Assembly (NCBI GenBank): GCA_963828325.1
Contig: CAWHEK010000026.1
Location: forward strand, 134,559 to 198,558
Direction: 5' to 3'
DNA from: an uncultured Acidobacteriaceae bacterium
GTDB taxonomy: Bacteria; Acidobacteriota; Terriglobia; Terriglobales; Acidobacteriaceae
DNA length: 64,000 nucleotides
In this document: positions 45,821-54,051 of the stretch, in pieces
How positions within the stretch are numbered: position 1 is the stretch's first letter
Layout: every line of letters begins with the position of its first letter
Translations under genes and position numbers: made by a program
The notes under the pieces: model-generated
What the model saw: the letters and a program-made list of their open reading frames with translations, nothing else
Told to the model about the DNA's origin: nothing
Database searches by the model: none

Positions 45821-46140
45821 TGGAATACAAAGGCTATGCCGCGGGGCCAATTGACTTCGATCCGGAGGAGAACTCATTTTCCGGAATCGTCACGGGCCTC
45901 AAGGATGTGATCCATTTTGAGGGTGCGACTGCAAAGGAACTCGCGCGAGCCTTTCGTGCGAGCGTCGACAGCTACCTGAAGTACTGCGAGGAAACCGGCC
46001 AAGAACCCGATCGTCCCTTCAACGGAAAGATTCTGCTGCGGACTGACCCGGAGTTGCACCGCAAAGCTGCTCTGCGGGCGGCGGTACAGGGCGTGAGCCT
46101 GAACAGGTGGATTTCGGAGCGGATTGAGAGCGCGCCGTAA
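45817..46140 (+). CDS. hicB: HicB family antitoxin
   Basis: YKGYAAGPIDFDPEENSFSGIVTGLKDVIHFEGATAKELARAFRASVDSYLKYCEETGQEPDRPFNGKILLRTDPELHRKAALRA...SLNRWI is the typical HicB (COG4226-like) pattern. Confidence 0.8.
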   Translation: MMEYKGYAAGPIDFDPEENSFSGIVTGLKDVIHFEGATAKELARAFRASVDSYLKYCEETGQEPDRPFNGKILLRTDPELHRKAALRAAVQGVSLNRWISERIESAP

Positions 46141-46576
46141 ATGTGTTAAACCCGGCCCAACCGAAATCTCAAGCCAGGGAGTGCGGAATGAAATTCAGAG
46201 ACGTTCCAAATAATTCCGCGAAAACAGAGCGGTCGGGGGATCGCCGTGTTCTTCGCAGGATTGCGGGGTTCTTCGACGATGAAGGAGCGGCGCTTCGGCT
46301 GTTGAGAAGGTTTTATCGCGCGGGTTGTATTCTCACCCCCGAGGGGAAGGCTTCATTGGACGATTTCTAGCGATCACAGAGGGCCGCTTGGACCAGAGGG
46401 GACCAGTCTGGTCTTCCGCATTCGCTCTCAATTCTTGAAAAGTGCTTCCGTGCCGAGAGCGCAAATAAAGGGAGCTTGTTCGGGGGTACGCCGGAGCCTT
46501 TCACCCTCGACGATATCGAGGGACGTCGTGACTTTGATGGCCAATACGAAACGCGGTACGGGAAGTACCACCGCGA

Positions 46577-47638
46577 CTAACCGGCGCTGCGGCGGGCGCG
46601 GACGGCGGCGGCGAGTTCTGCCATGAGGGTGCGGGTTTCGGTCCAATCAATGCAGGCGTCGGTAATGCTCTGGCCGTAGATGAGCGGCTGGCCGGGGACG
46701 AGCTTCTGCGCGCCGGCGACGAGATTGCTCTCAATCATGACGCCGATGATGTTGCGGTTGCCGGCGGCGACTTGCGCGGAGACGTCGTGGCAGACTGCGG
46801 CCTGGCGGCGGAAGTCCTTTTGGCTGTTGGCGTGGCTGAAGTCGATCATGATGCGGGGCGCGATGCCGGCTTTTTGCATGAGATCGGCGGTTTCGGCAAC
46901 GCGGTCGGCGGTGTAGTTGACGGAGCTGCGGCCGCCACGCAGGATGATGTGGCAATCGGGATTGCCTTTGGTGACGAAGATGGCCGACTGGCCGTGATGC
47001 GTGTGGCCGAGAAAAGTGTGCGAGCAGGCGGCAGAGAGCACGGCATCGACAGCCACCTGAACGTCGCCGGAAGTGGCGTTCTTGAATCCGACGGGACAGG
47101 ACACGCCGGAAACCAGCTGGCGATGCACCTGGCTCTCTGAGGTGCGCGCGCCGATGGCGCCCCAGCAGACGAGGCCGGCGATGTACTGCGGCGAGATCAT
47201 GTCAAGAAATTCGGTTCCGGTGGGCACGCCCATTTCCGCGAGGTCAATGAGAAGATGGCGCGCGATGCGCAGGCCGTCGTTAATTTTGTAGGTCTCGTCG
47301 AGGTGGGGATCGTTGATGAGGCCTTTCCATCCGACGGTGGTGCGGGGCTTTTCAAAGTAGACGCGCATGACGATGCGCAGGTCGGCGGCAAATTCCCGGG
47401 CGGCGGTTTTTAGCAGGCCAGCGTACTCGCGGGCGGCTTGAGGATCGTGAATGGAACAGGGGCCGGCGAGGACGACGAGGCGGTCGTCTTCTTTCTTGAG
47501 AATCGAAATGATCTCGTTGCGGGCGTCGTAGATAGTGGACGAGGCGGCTTCGGTGACAGGAAGCTCTTCCTCGAGAAAGACGGGGGGAAGAACGACCTTG
47601 GTCCATTGAATGCGGAGATCTTCAGTGGGATGGAACAT
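46577..47638 (-). CDS. aroG: 3-deoxy-7-phosphoheptulonate (DAHP) synthase, class I
   Basis: DDRLVVLAGPCSIHD, KPRTTVGWKGLINDP, GARTSESQVHR, full length 353 aa. The isoenzyme (F/G/H) cannot be determined. Confidence 0.9.
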   Translation of the reverse strand: MFHPTEDLRIQWTKVVLPPVFLEEELPVTEAASSTIYDARNEIISILKKEDDRLVVLAGPCSIHDPQAAREYAGLLKTAAREFAADLRIVMRVYFEKPRTTVGWKGLINDPHLDETYKINDGLRIARHLLIDLAEMGVPTGTEFLDMISPQYIAGLVCWGAIGARTSESQVHRQLVSGVSCPVGFKNATSGDVQVAVDAVLSAACSHTFLGHTHHGQSAIFVTKGNPDCHIILRGGRSSVNYTADRVAETADLMQKAGIAPRIMIDFSHANSQKDFRRQAAVCHDVSAQVAAGNRNIIGVMIESNLVAGAQKLVPGQPLIYGQSITDACIDWTETRTLMAELAAAVRARRSAG

Positions 47639-47796
47639 AGGCTGGTGTGGGCTCTTTCGGGGCGCGATGCGGCCCTCTTAACGAATTTATCAGGCGGATG
47701 TGAGGAGACGCCGGACGATTGCGACGGCCGGTTGGGAACCGGGCGGGCTGCGGCGCTAGGTGTAGGCGATTGCCGCGCGGATACGATGAAAAAGCG

Positions 47797-47870
47797 ACCC
47801 TCAGGGGCTAAAGCCCCGATTGTTTTGATTGCCCTGATCGGCATGGCTAAAGCCATGCCCTGATACAAGG
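47797..47870. repeat. interspersed hairpin repeat (GGGGCTAAAGCCCC and GGCATGGCTAAAGCCATGCC, ending CCCTGATACAAGG)
   Basis: Same module order as the copies at 37850-37930, 44262-44325 and 50225-50290. Confidence 0.8.
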
Positions 47871-47926
47871 CCCCTTTTTATTCGGTTTCGCAGCTTGTAA
47901 AACTAATTTCAGGATGCGCGAGAGGA

Positions 47927-48376
47927 TCAGTGCAGGACTTCGTAGGCCGCAATGCCGCCGGCTGCGACGCCAGCGCCGATGATGATGGGCACGAGAAGAT
48001 GCACATGGTGATGCACCGATCCGTCACCGATGTACTCCTTCGACTTTTTTACTTCGACGAGGTCAGAGTAAAGGTGCGTCTGCGTTTTGTTGCTGTCGGA
48101 ATCAGTGAATTGGAACGATGCGGCAGACAATGGGCCGAGAGAGCCAAAGGTCTGGGAGCTGTCGCGGAATTCAAAATCGAGAATTGTTCCCTGGCGGAAC
48201 CTGGAGAGGCGCTTTTCGATTCTTCGAGCATGCTTGTCGAGCGACGCGGCGGACGTTGCCGCAGCGGACGCCGCGGCAGCAGACAGTGCAAAGGTTGCAA
48301 GCGTTAGAGCGGCGACGATGCGGATGGTGGAATGACGACGGACACGGCTGACAGAGCTGTGCACGATTCGATTCAT
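47927..48376 (-). CDS. hypothetical exported protein with C-terminal TM anchor
   Basis: 149 aa with a signal peptide (IVAALTLATFALSAAAASA) and a C-terminal hydrophobic segment. Confidence 0.4.
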   Translation of the reverse strand: MNRIVHSSVSRVRRHSTIRIVAALTLATFALSAAAASAAATSAASLDKHARRIEKRLSRFRQGTILDFEFRDSSQTFGSLGPLSAASFQFTDSDSNKTQTHLYSDLVEVKKSKEYIGDGSVHHHVHLLVPIIIGAGVAAGGIAAYEVLH

Positions 48377-48659
48377 TGGGGGCCCCCTCTATAAAGACGG
48401 CAAAACGCCAAAAGACGAGCGGCTGGCTGCGCAGAGATTGCTGCAGACGCCGGTGCGTAACAACTTACCATCAAACTTGGTTCTCGAGTTGCATCGAAGG
48501 TGTCTTTGGTAATAGGCATCCGGGATAGCCGAGCAGGATCAGTGACTTGAGAGCGCGCGGCACATTCATTATTTCCAGCGTCGCGGCGGTTTTTGTCGAG
48601 ACTTTCGATGGACGACGCGCCGAGGGGAGACATTGCCGAGGCTGGCTGGCGGAGCACGG

Positions 48660-48903
48660 AAGGGTGCCCTGCGGTGGGTCAGGTTGAAAAACGGTCCCTC
48701 GGCGGCTAAAGCCGCTCTCATTTTGCGGCAATTACGGCACGAGTAAACTCGTGCCCTGACACTTCGTGCATTTTCGAAGCAGTTTTTCCGCAGCCTGTGA
48801 AGCCCCGATCCTATTTGCACGGCCCGGACCCAGATGCCGGGATGAAATCCCCGGCCTACCAGCCTGGACGCTTCAAACTGAACCGAAAGGGTGCCCTGCG
48901 GTG
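48660..48903. repeat. composite hairpin-repeat element flanked by a perfect 17-bp direct repeat AAGGGTGCCCTGCGGTG
   Basis: Direct repeats at 48660-48676 and 48887-48903. The interior starts GGTCAGGTTGAAAAA and ends CTTCAAACTGAACC (imperfect inverted termini). It contains GGCGGCTAAAGCCGC and GGCACGAGTAAACTCGTGCC hairpins. Confidence 0.75.
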
Positions 48904-48905
48904 TC

Positions 48906-48935
48906 TTGACAGTGACTCCTTACGCTCCGTAAGAT
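48906..48935 (+). promoter_or_regulatory. sigma-70-like promoter of hrcA (TTGACA-N18-TAAGAT)
   Basis: TTGACA at 48906-48911 and TAAGAT at 48930-48935, about 120 nt upstream of the hrcA ATG. Confidence 0.5.
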
Positions 48936-48965
48936 CATGCTAGGGTAATGTAAAAATTTCTCTTC

Positions 48966-48992
48966 ATAAGTGCATGAAATAGAGGCACTTAA
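48966..48992. promoter_or_regulatory. CIRCE-like 9-N9-9 inverted repeat ATAAGTGCA-N9-GGCACTTAA (non-canonical)
   Basis: 7/9 complementary arms with a 9-nt spacer, between the -10 box and the hrcA start. Same geometry as CIRCE (TTAGCACTC-N9-GAGTGCTAA), but the core reads AGTGC...GCACT. Confidence 0.4.
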
Positions 48993-49056
48993 CGAGTCGG
49001 CCTCTACTCGCATCGCGGTTCTGGCCACGGCTCGAAGAGGATGGAGAACAGCGAAG

Positions 49057-50157
49057 ATGCCTGAAACCCGCCTAAGCCCGCGTGAGCGGCTGGTGTTGAC
49101 GGCCATTATCGAGCTGTATATCGCGACCGGCGAGCCGGTAGCCTCGCAGGCGTTGGCGCGGTTCTTCGCGGATCGGGAAGGCCTGAGTTCGGCGACACTG
49201 CGCAATGTGATGGCGACGTTGGGCGATGCGGGACTGCTGGAGCAGCCTCACACTTCGGCGGGGCGCATTCCAACGGCAGTTGCATTCCGTTATTACGTGG
49301 AACAGATCACGCAGCCGGGGCGGGTAGCCGCAGGGCTGGGTGCAAGCGCGCAGGGACGCGTGGAAACGCCGATGAGCGAAGCGCGCCGCGGACAAATTGA
49401 GGAAAGCTATACCGGAGTGTCCAGCGGCAACGATTACCTGGAGCGCACGTCGCACGTGCTGGCGCTGATTTCAAGCGGGCTGGGAGTGGCGCTGGCGAGC
49501 TCGACCGCGGGACAAGTGCTGGAGCACATTCATTTTTCACGGTTGTCGACGGGGCGCGTGCTGGCCGTGCTGGTGACGCAGGCGGGCGCGGTTCAGGATC
49601 GCGTGCTGGCGGTGGATCATCAGATGACGACTGTGGAGCTGGAGACGGCGGGCGCGTATTTGAACGAGAATTTTCGCGGCTGGCCGATCGAGCGGATCCG
49701 GGCCGAGGTGGCGCGCCGAATGGACATGGAGCGCGAAGCATACCGGGAGTTGCTGACGTCGGTTGAGGAATTGTGCCGCAAGGGCGCACTGGCGGGCGAC
49801 GAAGCGGGCGCGACGATTTTTGTGGACGGAATTGCAAACCTGATCACCGCCGAACAGGACCGGGAGCGGTTGCGGCAGGTGCTGCTGGCCGTGGAAGCCA
49901 AGCAGCGGCTGGTGGAACTACTGAATGCGTATGTGGATGGACGCGAGCAGGAAGTACGCGTGGTGGTGGGCCTGGATGCGGCGTCACCGGCCATGCAGGA
50001 CCTGGTGCTGATTGGCGCGCCGGCGCGGCTGGGCGGGGGGAACATGGGAACCGTAGCGGTGATTGCGCCCACGAGAATTCAGTATCAGGAGATGATCCAG
50101 GCAGTGAGTTACATTGCGCGGCTCTCCGAGCGCATTTTCGACGTTCCTACGGCTTAA
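49057..50157 (+). CDS. hrcA: heat-inducible transcription repressor HrcA
   Basis: I prefer the ATG at 49057. LSPRERLVLTAIIELYIATGEPVASQALA... winged-helix N-terminus and a full-length HrcA C-terminal domain. Confidence 0.9.
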   Translation: MPETRLSPRERLVLTAIIELYIATGEPVASQALARFFADREGLSSATLRNVMATLGDAGLLEQPHTSAGRIPTAVAFRYYVEQITQPGRVAAGLGASAQGRVETPMSEARRGQIEESYTGVSSGNDYLERTSHVLALISSGLGVALASSTAGQVLEHIHFSRLSTGRVLAVLVTQAGAVQDRVLAVDHQMTTVELETAGAYLNENFRGWPIERIRAEVARRMDMEREAYRELLTSVEELCRKGALAGDEAGATIFVDGIANLITAEQDRERLRQVLLAVEAKQRLVELLNAYVDGREQEVRVVVGLDAASPAMQDLVLIGAPARLGGGNMGTVAVIAPTRIQYQEMIQAVSYIARLSERIFDVPTA

Positions 50158-50201
50158 ACGCGGGAATTCTGGACCGGTCAACCCAGAATCGGCTTAAGGA
50201 T

Positions 50202-50300
50202 TGGGTCAGCTTGAAAAAGCTTCCCTCAGGGGCTAAAGCCCGCAATCATTTTGGAGCAACCTGACGTACGGGCTAAAGCCCGTACCCTCCAAAACAGAGC
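50202..50300. repeat. MITE-like hairpin repeat, same family as 44242-44339
   Basis: TGGGTCAGCTTGAAAAAGCTTCCCTCAGGGGCTAAAGCCCGCAATCATTTTGG...GTACGGGCTAAAGCCCGTACCCTCCAAAAC. The right terminus is degenerate. Confidence 0.75.
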
Positions 50301-50382
50301 CACAACTCAAGTTTAGGAAGGGCTTGCAGCCAGACGCGAGATCAATCATCCAATAAGAAGATGTTCTGGAAGGTTTTGGAGT

Positions 50383-51027
50383 ATGGGCAGAGTTATGTGG
50401 AAGCAGAAGGCGAAGTTGACAGAGGTCGATTCCCCGGAGATTGAAGCGGCCGTGGATGACGAGAGCGAACTGGATCCCGCGACGGAATTGCCGGCGCCAA
50501 CGGCTGAAGAGGAACTGGAAGCGGCGGGGCAGCCGGTTGCCGGAAGTGTGGAAGAGGCTCGCGAGCAGACAGAACTGGGCCAGTTGAAGGCGGAGCGCGA
50601 TCGGCTGCTGGATCGGCTGGCAAGGCTGCAAGCGGAGTTTGACAACGCACGCAAGCGCGCGGAACGCGAGAGGGCGGAATACCGCGAGTTTGCGACGGTC
50701 GCCGCGGCAGAACAGTTTCTGCCGGTGCTCGACAATCTTGAGCTGGCGTTGAAGTCGAAGGGATCCGCGGAGCAGTTGCGGTCGGGCGTGAGCCTGATCA
50801 TGAAGCAGATGGAAGAGGTTCTGGACAAGATGCAGGTGAAAGCTGTGCCGACCGTGGGCGAGGCTTTCGATCCACGTTTTCACGAAGCGTTGGGGGCGGT
50901 GGAGCGGGACGATATTCCCGATCAACACGTGGCCGAGGAAGTTCGCCGGGGATACAAGATTCGCGAACGTCTGGTGCGGCCTGCGCTGGTGCGCGTGGCG
51001 CACAACACGAAACAGGTGAACGAATAA
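50383..51027 (+). CDS. grpE: nucleotide exchange factor GrpE
   Basis: Acidic N-terminus, coiled coil (LKAERDRLLDRLARLQAEFDNARKR), C-terminal FDPRFHEA...GYKIRERLVRPALV. Confidence 0.9.
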   Translation: MGRVMWKQKAKLTEVDSPEIEAAVDDESELDPATELPAPTAEEELEAAGQPVAGSVEEAREQTELGQLKAERDRLLDRLARLQAEFDNARKRAERERAEYREFATVAAAEQFLPVLDNLELALKSKGSAEQLRSGVSLIMKQMEEVLDKMQVKAVPTVGEAFDPRFHEALGAVERDDIPDQHVAEEVRRGYKIRERLVRPALVRVAHNTKQVNE

Positions 51028-51064
51028 AGCAGCTACCAGCTTCTAGCCTTTAGCTCTTAGCTCC
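51026..51064. repeat. solo heptamer array (ctaccag cttctag cctttag ctcttag) with AAAGCAGC leader, directly after the grpE stop
   Basis: Direct reading; the TAA stop is at 51025-51027 and the array follows immediately. Confidence 0.85.
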
Positions 51065-51143
51065 ATCGAGGGAGAGCGAAGGGTTGAGGCGATGCGAAGG
51101 ACGACGGCTTGATGCGTAGAGCAGATAACGACTGAAGGGAACA

Positions 51144-52286
51144 ATGGGGTCTAATACAAGAGTGAGCAAAGCGGATTATTACGAGGTCCTGGAAGTTTCG
51201 CGCGACTGTTCGGACCAGGAACTGAAAAGCGCGTACCGGAAACAGGCGCTGAAGTATCATCCTGACCGGAATCCCGGCGATCACACTGCCGAGGAAAAAT
51301 TCAAAGAGGCCAGCGAGGCCTATCAGGTGCTTTGCGACCCCGACAAGCGCGCGGCCTACGACCGCTTTGGCCATGCGGGGCTGGGCGCACAGGGATTTGG
51401 CGGCAGCCCGTTTGCGGGCGGCGTGGACCTGGGCGATATCTTCGGCGATCTGTTCGGCGAGATGTTCTCAATGGGTGGCGCGCCAGGCGGAGCGGGACGC
51501 GGCTCGCGGACACAGCGCGGCGACGATCTGCGCTTCGACATGACCATCGATTTCAAGGATGCGTTCTTTGGCACCGAGAAAGAAGTGAAGATACGGCGGC
51601 TGGAGACATGCACGGTGTGCAGCGGCAAGGGGAGCGCGTCGGGCAAGGGTCCGAGCGTGTGCAGCCATTGCCAGGGGCGCGGGCAGCTGCGCTACCAGCA
51701 GGGATTCTTTTCCGTGGCGCGGACGTGTGTGGCTTGCGGAGGAACGGGGTCGGTGATCAGCGATCCTTGCACGGCGTGCCGAGGTGAGGGACGCAAGACG
51801 ACAGAGGTGAAGCTGAACGTGAAAGTGCCGGCGGGCGTGGAGGAAGGAACGCGCATACGGTACGGAGGCGAAGGCGACGTGGGCCGAGTGGGCGGGCCGA
51901 AGGGCGACCTGTATGTGATTCTCTCGATCCGGCCGCACGACTACTTTGAACGCCATGGCGCGGATCTGCATTGCGTGCTGCCCATCAGCTTTCCGCAGGC
52001 GGCCATGGGCGCGGAGTTCGAGATTCCCGGAATCGATGGATCGGTGAGCATCAAGATTCCGGAAGGAACGCAAAGCGGCAAAGAGCTGCGCGTTCGCGGG
52101 CGCGGCGTTCCCTACCTGAACGAGAGAGGCAAGGGCGACCTGATTGTGAAGGTCGTGGTGCAGATTCCGCGCAAGCTGAATCGCGCGCAGCGCGAGCTGG
52201 TGGCCAAGCTGGCGGAGACGATGGCGGTGGAGAACAAGCCGACGTCGCCGGGGCTGATGGAGAAGATGAAGGATTTGTTCAGCTGA
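51144..52286 (+). CDS. dnaJ: molecular chaperone DnaJ (type I)
   Basis: J domain with HPD ([10 protein letters not shown]), a G/F region, four CxxCxGxG repeats and C-terminal domains. Confidence 0.95.
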   Translation: MGSNTRVSKADYYEVLEVSRDCSDQELKSAYRKQALKYHPDRNPGDHTAEEKFKEASEAYQVLCDPDKRAAYDRFGHAGLGAQGFGGSPFAGGVDLGDIFGDLFGEMFSMGGAPGGAGRGSRTQRGDDLRFDMTIDFKDAFFGTEKEVKIRRLETCTVCSGKGSASGKGPSVCSHCQGRGQLRYQQGFFSVARTCVACGGTGSVISDPCTACRGEGRKTTEVKLNVKVPAGVEEGTRIRYGGEGDVGRVGGPKGDLYVILSIRPHDYFERHGADLHCVLPISFPQAAMGAEFEIPGIDGSVSIKIPEGTQSGKELRVRGRGVPYLNERGKGDLIVKVVVQIPRKLNRAQRELVAKLAETMAVENKPTSPGLMEKMKDLFS

Positions 52287-52326
52287 AAGAGCAGCTTTTA
52301 GCTCTTAGCCTTTAGCTTCTAGCCCT
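52286..52326. repeat. solo heptamer array (cttttag ctcttag cctttag cttctag) with AAAGAGCAGC leader, directly after the dnaJ stop
   Basis: Direct reading; the TGA stop is at 52284-52286. Confidence 0.85.
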
Positions 52327-52491
52327 TCTTCGCGGAAACGCGCGTATACGCGGGCTTGCGCCGGGCGGTCATAGCCGGTTTGAGAGGAATTGGTGGAACT
52401 GAGCGCAGTCCGCCTTCGCTGAAGCTACGGCGCGACAACTTTCGCCCGAATAACGGCCTGCCGAGCCGACGCCCGCAAGGCGGGCGAAGGC

Positions 52492-52567
52492 TGGTGGAGC
52501 TGAGCGGGATCGAACCGCTGGCCTCCTCGTTGCGAACGAGGCGCTCTCCCAGCTGAGCTACAGCCCC
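52492..52567 (-). tRNA. tRNA-Ala (anticodon CGC), CCA encoded
   Basis: The reverse complement reads GGGGCTGTAGCTCAGCTGGGAGAGCGCCTCGTTCGCAACGAGGAGGCCAGCGGTTCGATCCCGCTCAGCTCCACCA. It folds as a cloverleaf with G3:U70, A73, anticodon loop TTCGCAA and T-loop GGTTCGATCC. Confidence 0.95.
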
Positions 52568-52721
52568 ACGAGACTCTTATTTTAGCAGCGTGCGGGAAAT
52601 CGGGGAAGGGTTCGGCCCGGGAAGCGGCTCCCGCAAGCAAGAAGACTGAAACGGCATTCTAAGTATGAGACTTGCGGCACCATGGATTCCTGAAGATTCT
52701 CTACCTTGCCCATGGATTTAG

Positions 52722-53969
52722 TTATTGCGGTTTCGATGCTTCGGCCGGTTTGGCCTCGCCCTGCCTGCTCACTTCGAGCACGGTAATCGACTCTTCCTGA
52801 TCGCCGGGGACAAGCTCTAACCCCAGAGTTTCTTTGAGGACGGCATTGAGGCTTTCAAAGTCTGTTCCAGCGACTTTAAATCGCGCGTCGAAGGCACCAT
52901 CGATGCCGGTCTCGTTGACTACGGGGTTCTCAAGGCCGGTTGCCAGCACATAGGCAAGGTCGTCCATTGTTCCGTTCATCAGAATGTAAATTCCGTGCCA
53001 GTAGCCTCGCTTCACCTTGTGGGTCGAAGCTGACGGACTTAGCAGTTTCTTGCTCGCGTCGGTGGCCCTGAGAATGTATGCGTTCCTGGTTACAGTCTTT
53101 GGCTGAATCTGCACATGCAATGCGGAGAGGACGGCTTGCTGGACGGCTGAATCGATGACGGATTGGGGCACGTCTACGAAATTCATGCGGAGGTCGAAAC
53201 GACCTTCTGGCAGCGGATCCTTCAGAACATACCGATTCTCGAAAGCGCTAAAGGCGTTCGTCATGAGGTCATCGGCATCGTTTCCAAGGAAATCCGTGCC
53301 GGTGGGTGGGTGATTAATCTGGGATAACTTTGCATCGATCGGGGCCTTGCTGACGGACACTGCAAACAGAGAGCGCACTGCGACGTCGGCGATGGATTTC
53401 CCGCTCGATGTGACGATCTCCTCGGCCGGTTTGAAAGCTACTTCTCTTCCCTCGGCGACCGCCTGCAGGTCGGAGGCGCTCACCGCATCAATTTCCGTAA
53501 CCGCGGCGATTTTTCCGTTTCCATCGACGATGACGGTGGTCGGTCTCGAAGTGATTCCATACCATGCGAAAACACCACCGGATGTGTCGGTGGCGACCCA
53601 GCCTGACGTCTGCTTGCGGGCAAGAAATGTCTCGACAGCTTTGGGGTCTTCGTCATCGATGGAGATGAATTGGAACTTTGCCGGATCGAGCGACTCCACA
53701 AGCTGATTGAGATGGGGAAGGCTCGCCACGCAGGGAGAACACCATGTGGCCCAGAACTCAAGAACCACGACCTTGCCTTTGAGGCTGGCCCAGTCTGTCC
53801 GCGATCCTGTAGGAGCTTGCAGGAGTTGCACAGGATCGAGCGGCGGAGCAGGCGTGCCTTTTTCGGGAAGCGCGAAGAGCGAAAATGGCGCAGCCAGCAA
53901 CGCCGCAAACAAGACTGCGCAAGCGCGCAAGAGCAAGCAAGAATTCGTGTATCGAGAGAGTAGACTCAT
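52722..53969 (-). CDS. TlpA-like thiol:disulfide oxidoreductase fused to a TIGR03435-like C-terminal domain
   Basis: ORF-track ORF 52722..54512 overlaps the upstream gene, so I prefer the ATG at 53969. Signal peptide. Thioredoxin fold with VVVLEFWATWCSPCV. C-terminal ...NGTMDDLAYVLATGLENPVVNETGIDGAFDARF...LKETLGLELVPGDQEESITVLEV resembles the Acidobacteria TIGR03435 family. Confidence 0.65.
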   Translation of the reverse strand: MSLLSRYTNSCLLLRACAVLFAALLAAPFSLFALPEKGTPAPPLDPVQLLQAPTGSRTDWASLKGKVVVLEFWATWCSPCVASLPHLNQLVESLDPAKFQFISIDDEDPKAVETFLARKQTSGWVATDTSGGVFAWYGITSRPTTVIVDGNGKIAAVTEIDAVSASDLQAVAEGREVAFKPAEEIVTSSGKSIADVAVRSLFAVSVSKAPIDAKLSQINHPPTGTDFLGNDADDLMTNAFSAFENRYVLKDPLPEGRFDLRMNFVDVPQSVIDSAVQQAVLSALHVQIQPKTVTRNAYILRATDASKKLLSPSASTHKVKRGYWHGIYILMNGTMDDLAYVLATGLENPVVNETGIDGAFDARFKVAGTDFESLNAVLKETLGLELVPGDQEESITVLEVSRQGEAKPAEASKPQ

Positions 53970-54051
53970 ATGTCCCCTCGCGCTGAGAAAACAACATCGA
54001 TCATACGCGCGAAGAGGGGACGCGTGCGGCGCTCCTTCCTTTTGGCCATGG

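Noticed and set aside
46143-46370. 75-aa ORF downstream of hicB as a third component of the toxin-antitoxin locus
   Set aside because: There is no recognisable domain, the start signal is weak, and it is separated from hicB rather than coupled to it. Evidence is insufficient.
48880-50380. Canonical CIRCE element (TTAGCACTC-N9-GAGTGCTAA) upstream of hrcA, grpE or dnaJ
   Set aside because: I did not find it by eye. Only the non-canonical inverted repeat at 48966-48992 is present, and it is reported separately with modest confidence.
49057-52286. Absence of dnaK between grpE and dnaJ as an anomaly
   Set aside because: The gene order of heat-shock operons varies widely among phyla, and dnaK is probably encoded elsewhere. 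This is not informative without the rest of the genome.
52430-52491. Intrinsic terminator downstream of tRNA-Ala (hairpin CGCCCGC-AAG-GCGGGCG)
   Set aside because: The stem is present but is not followed by a T-run on the tRNA strand, so I did not call it.
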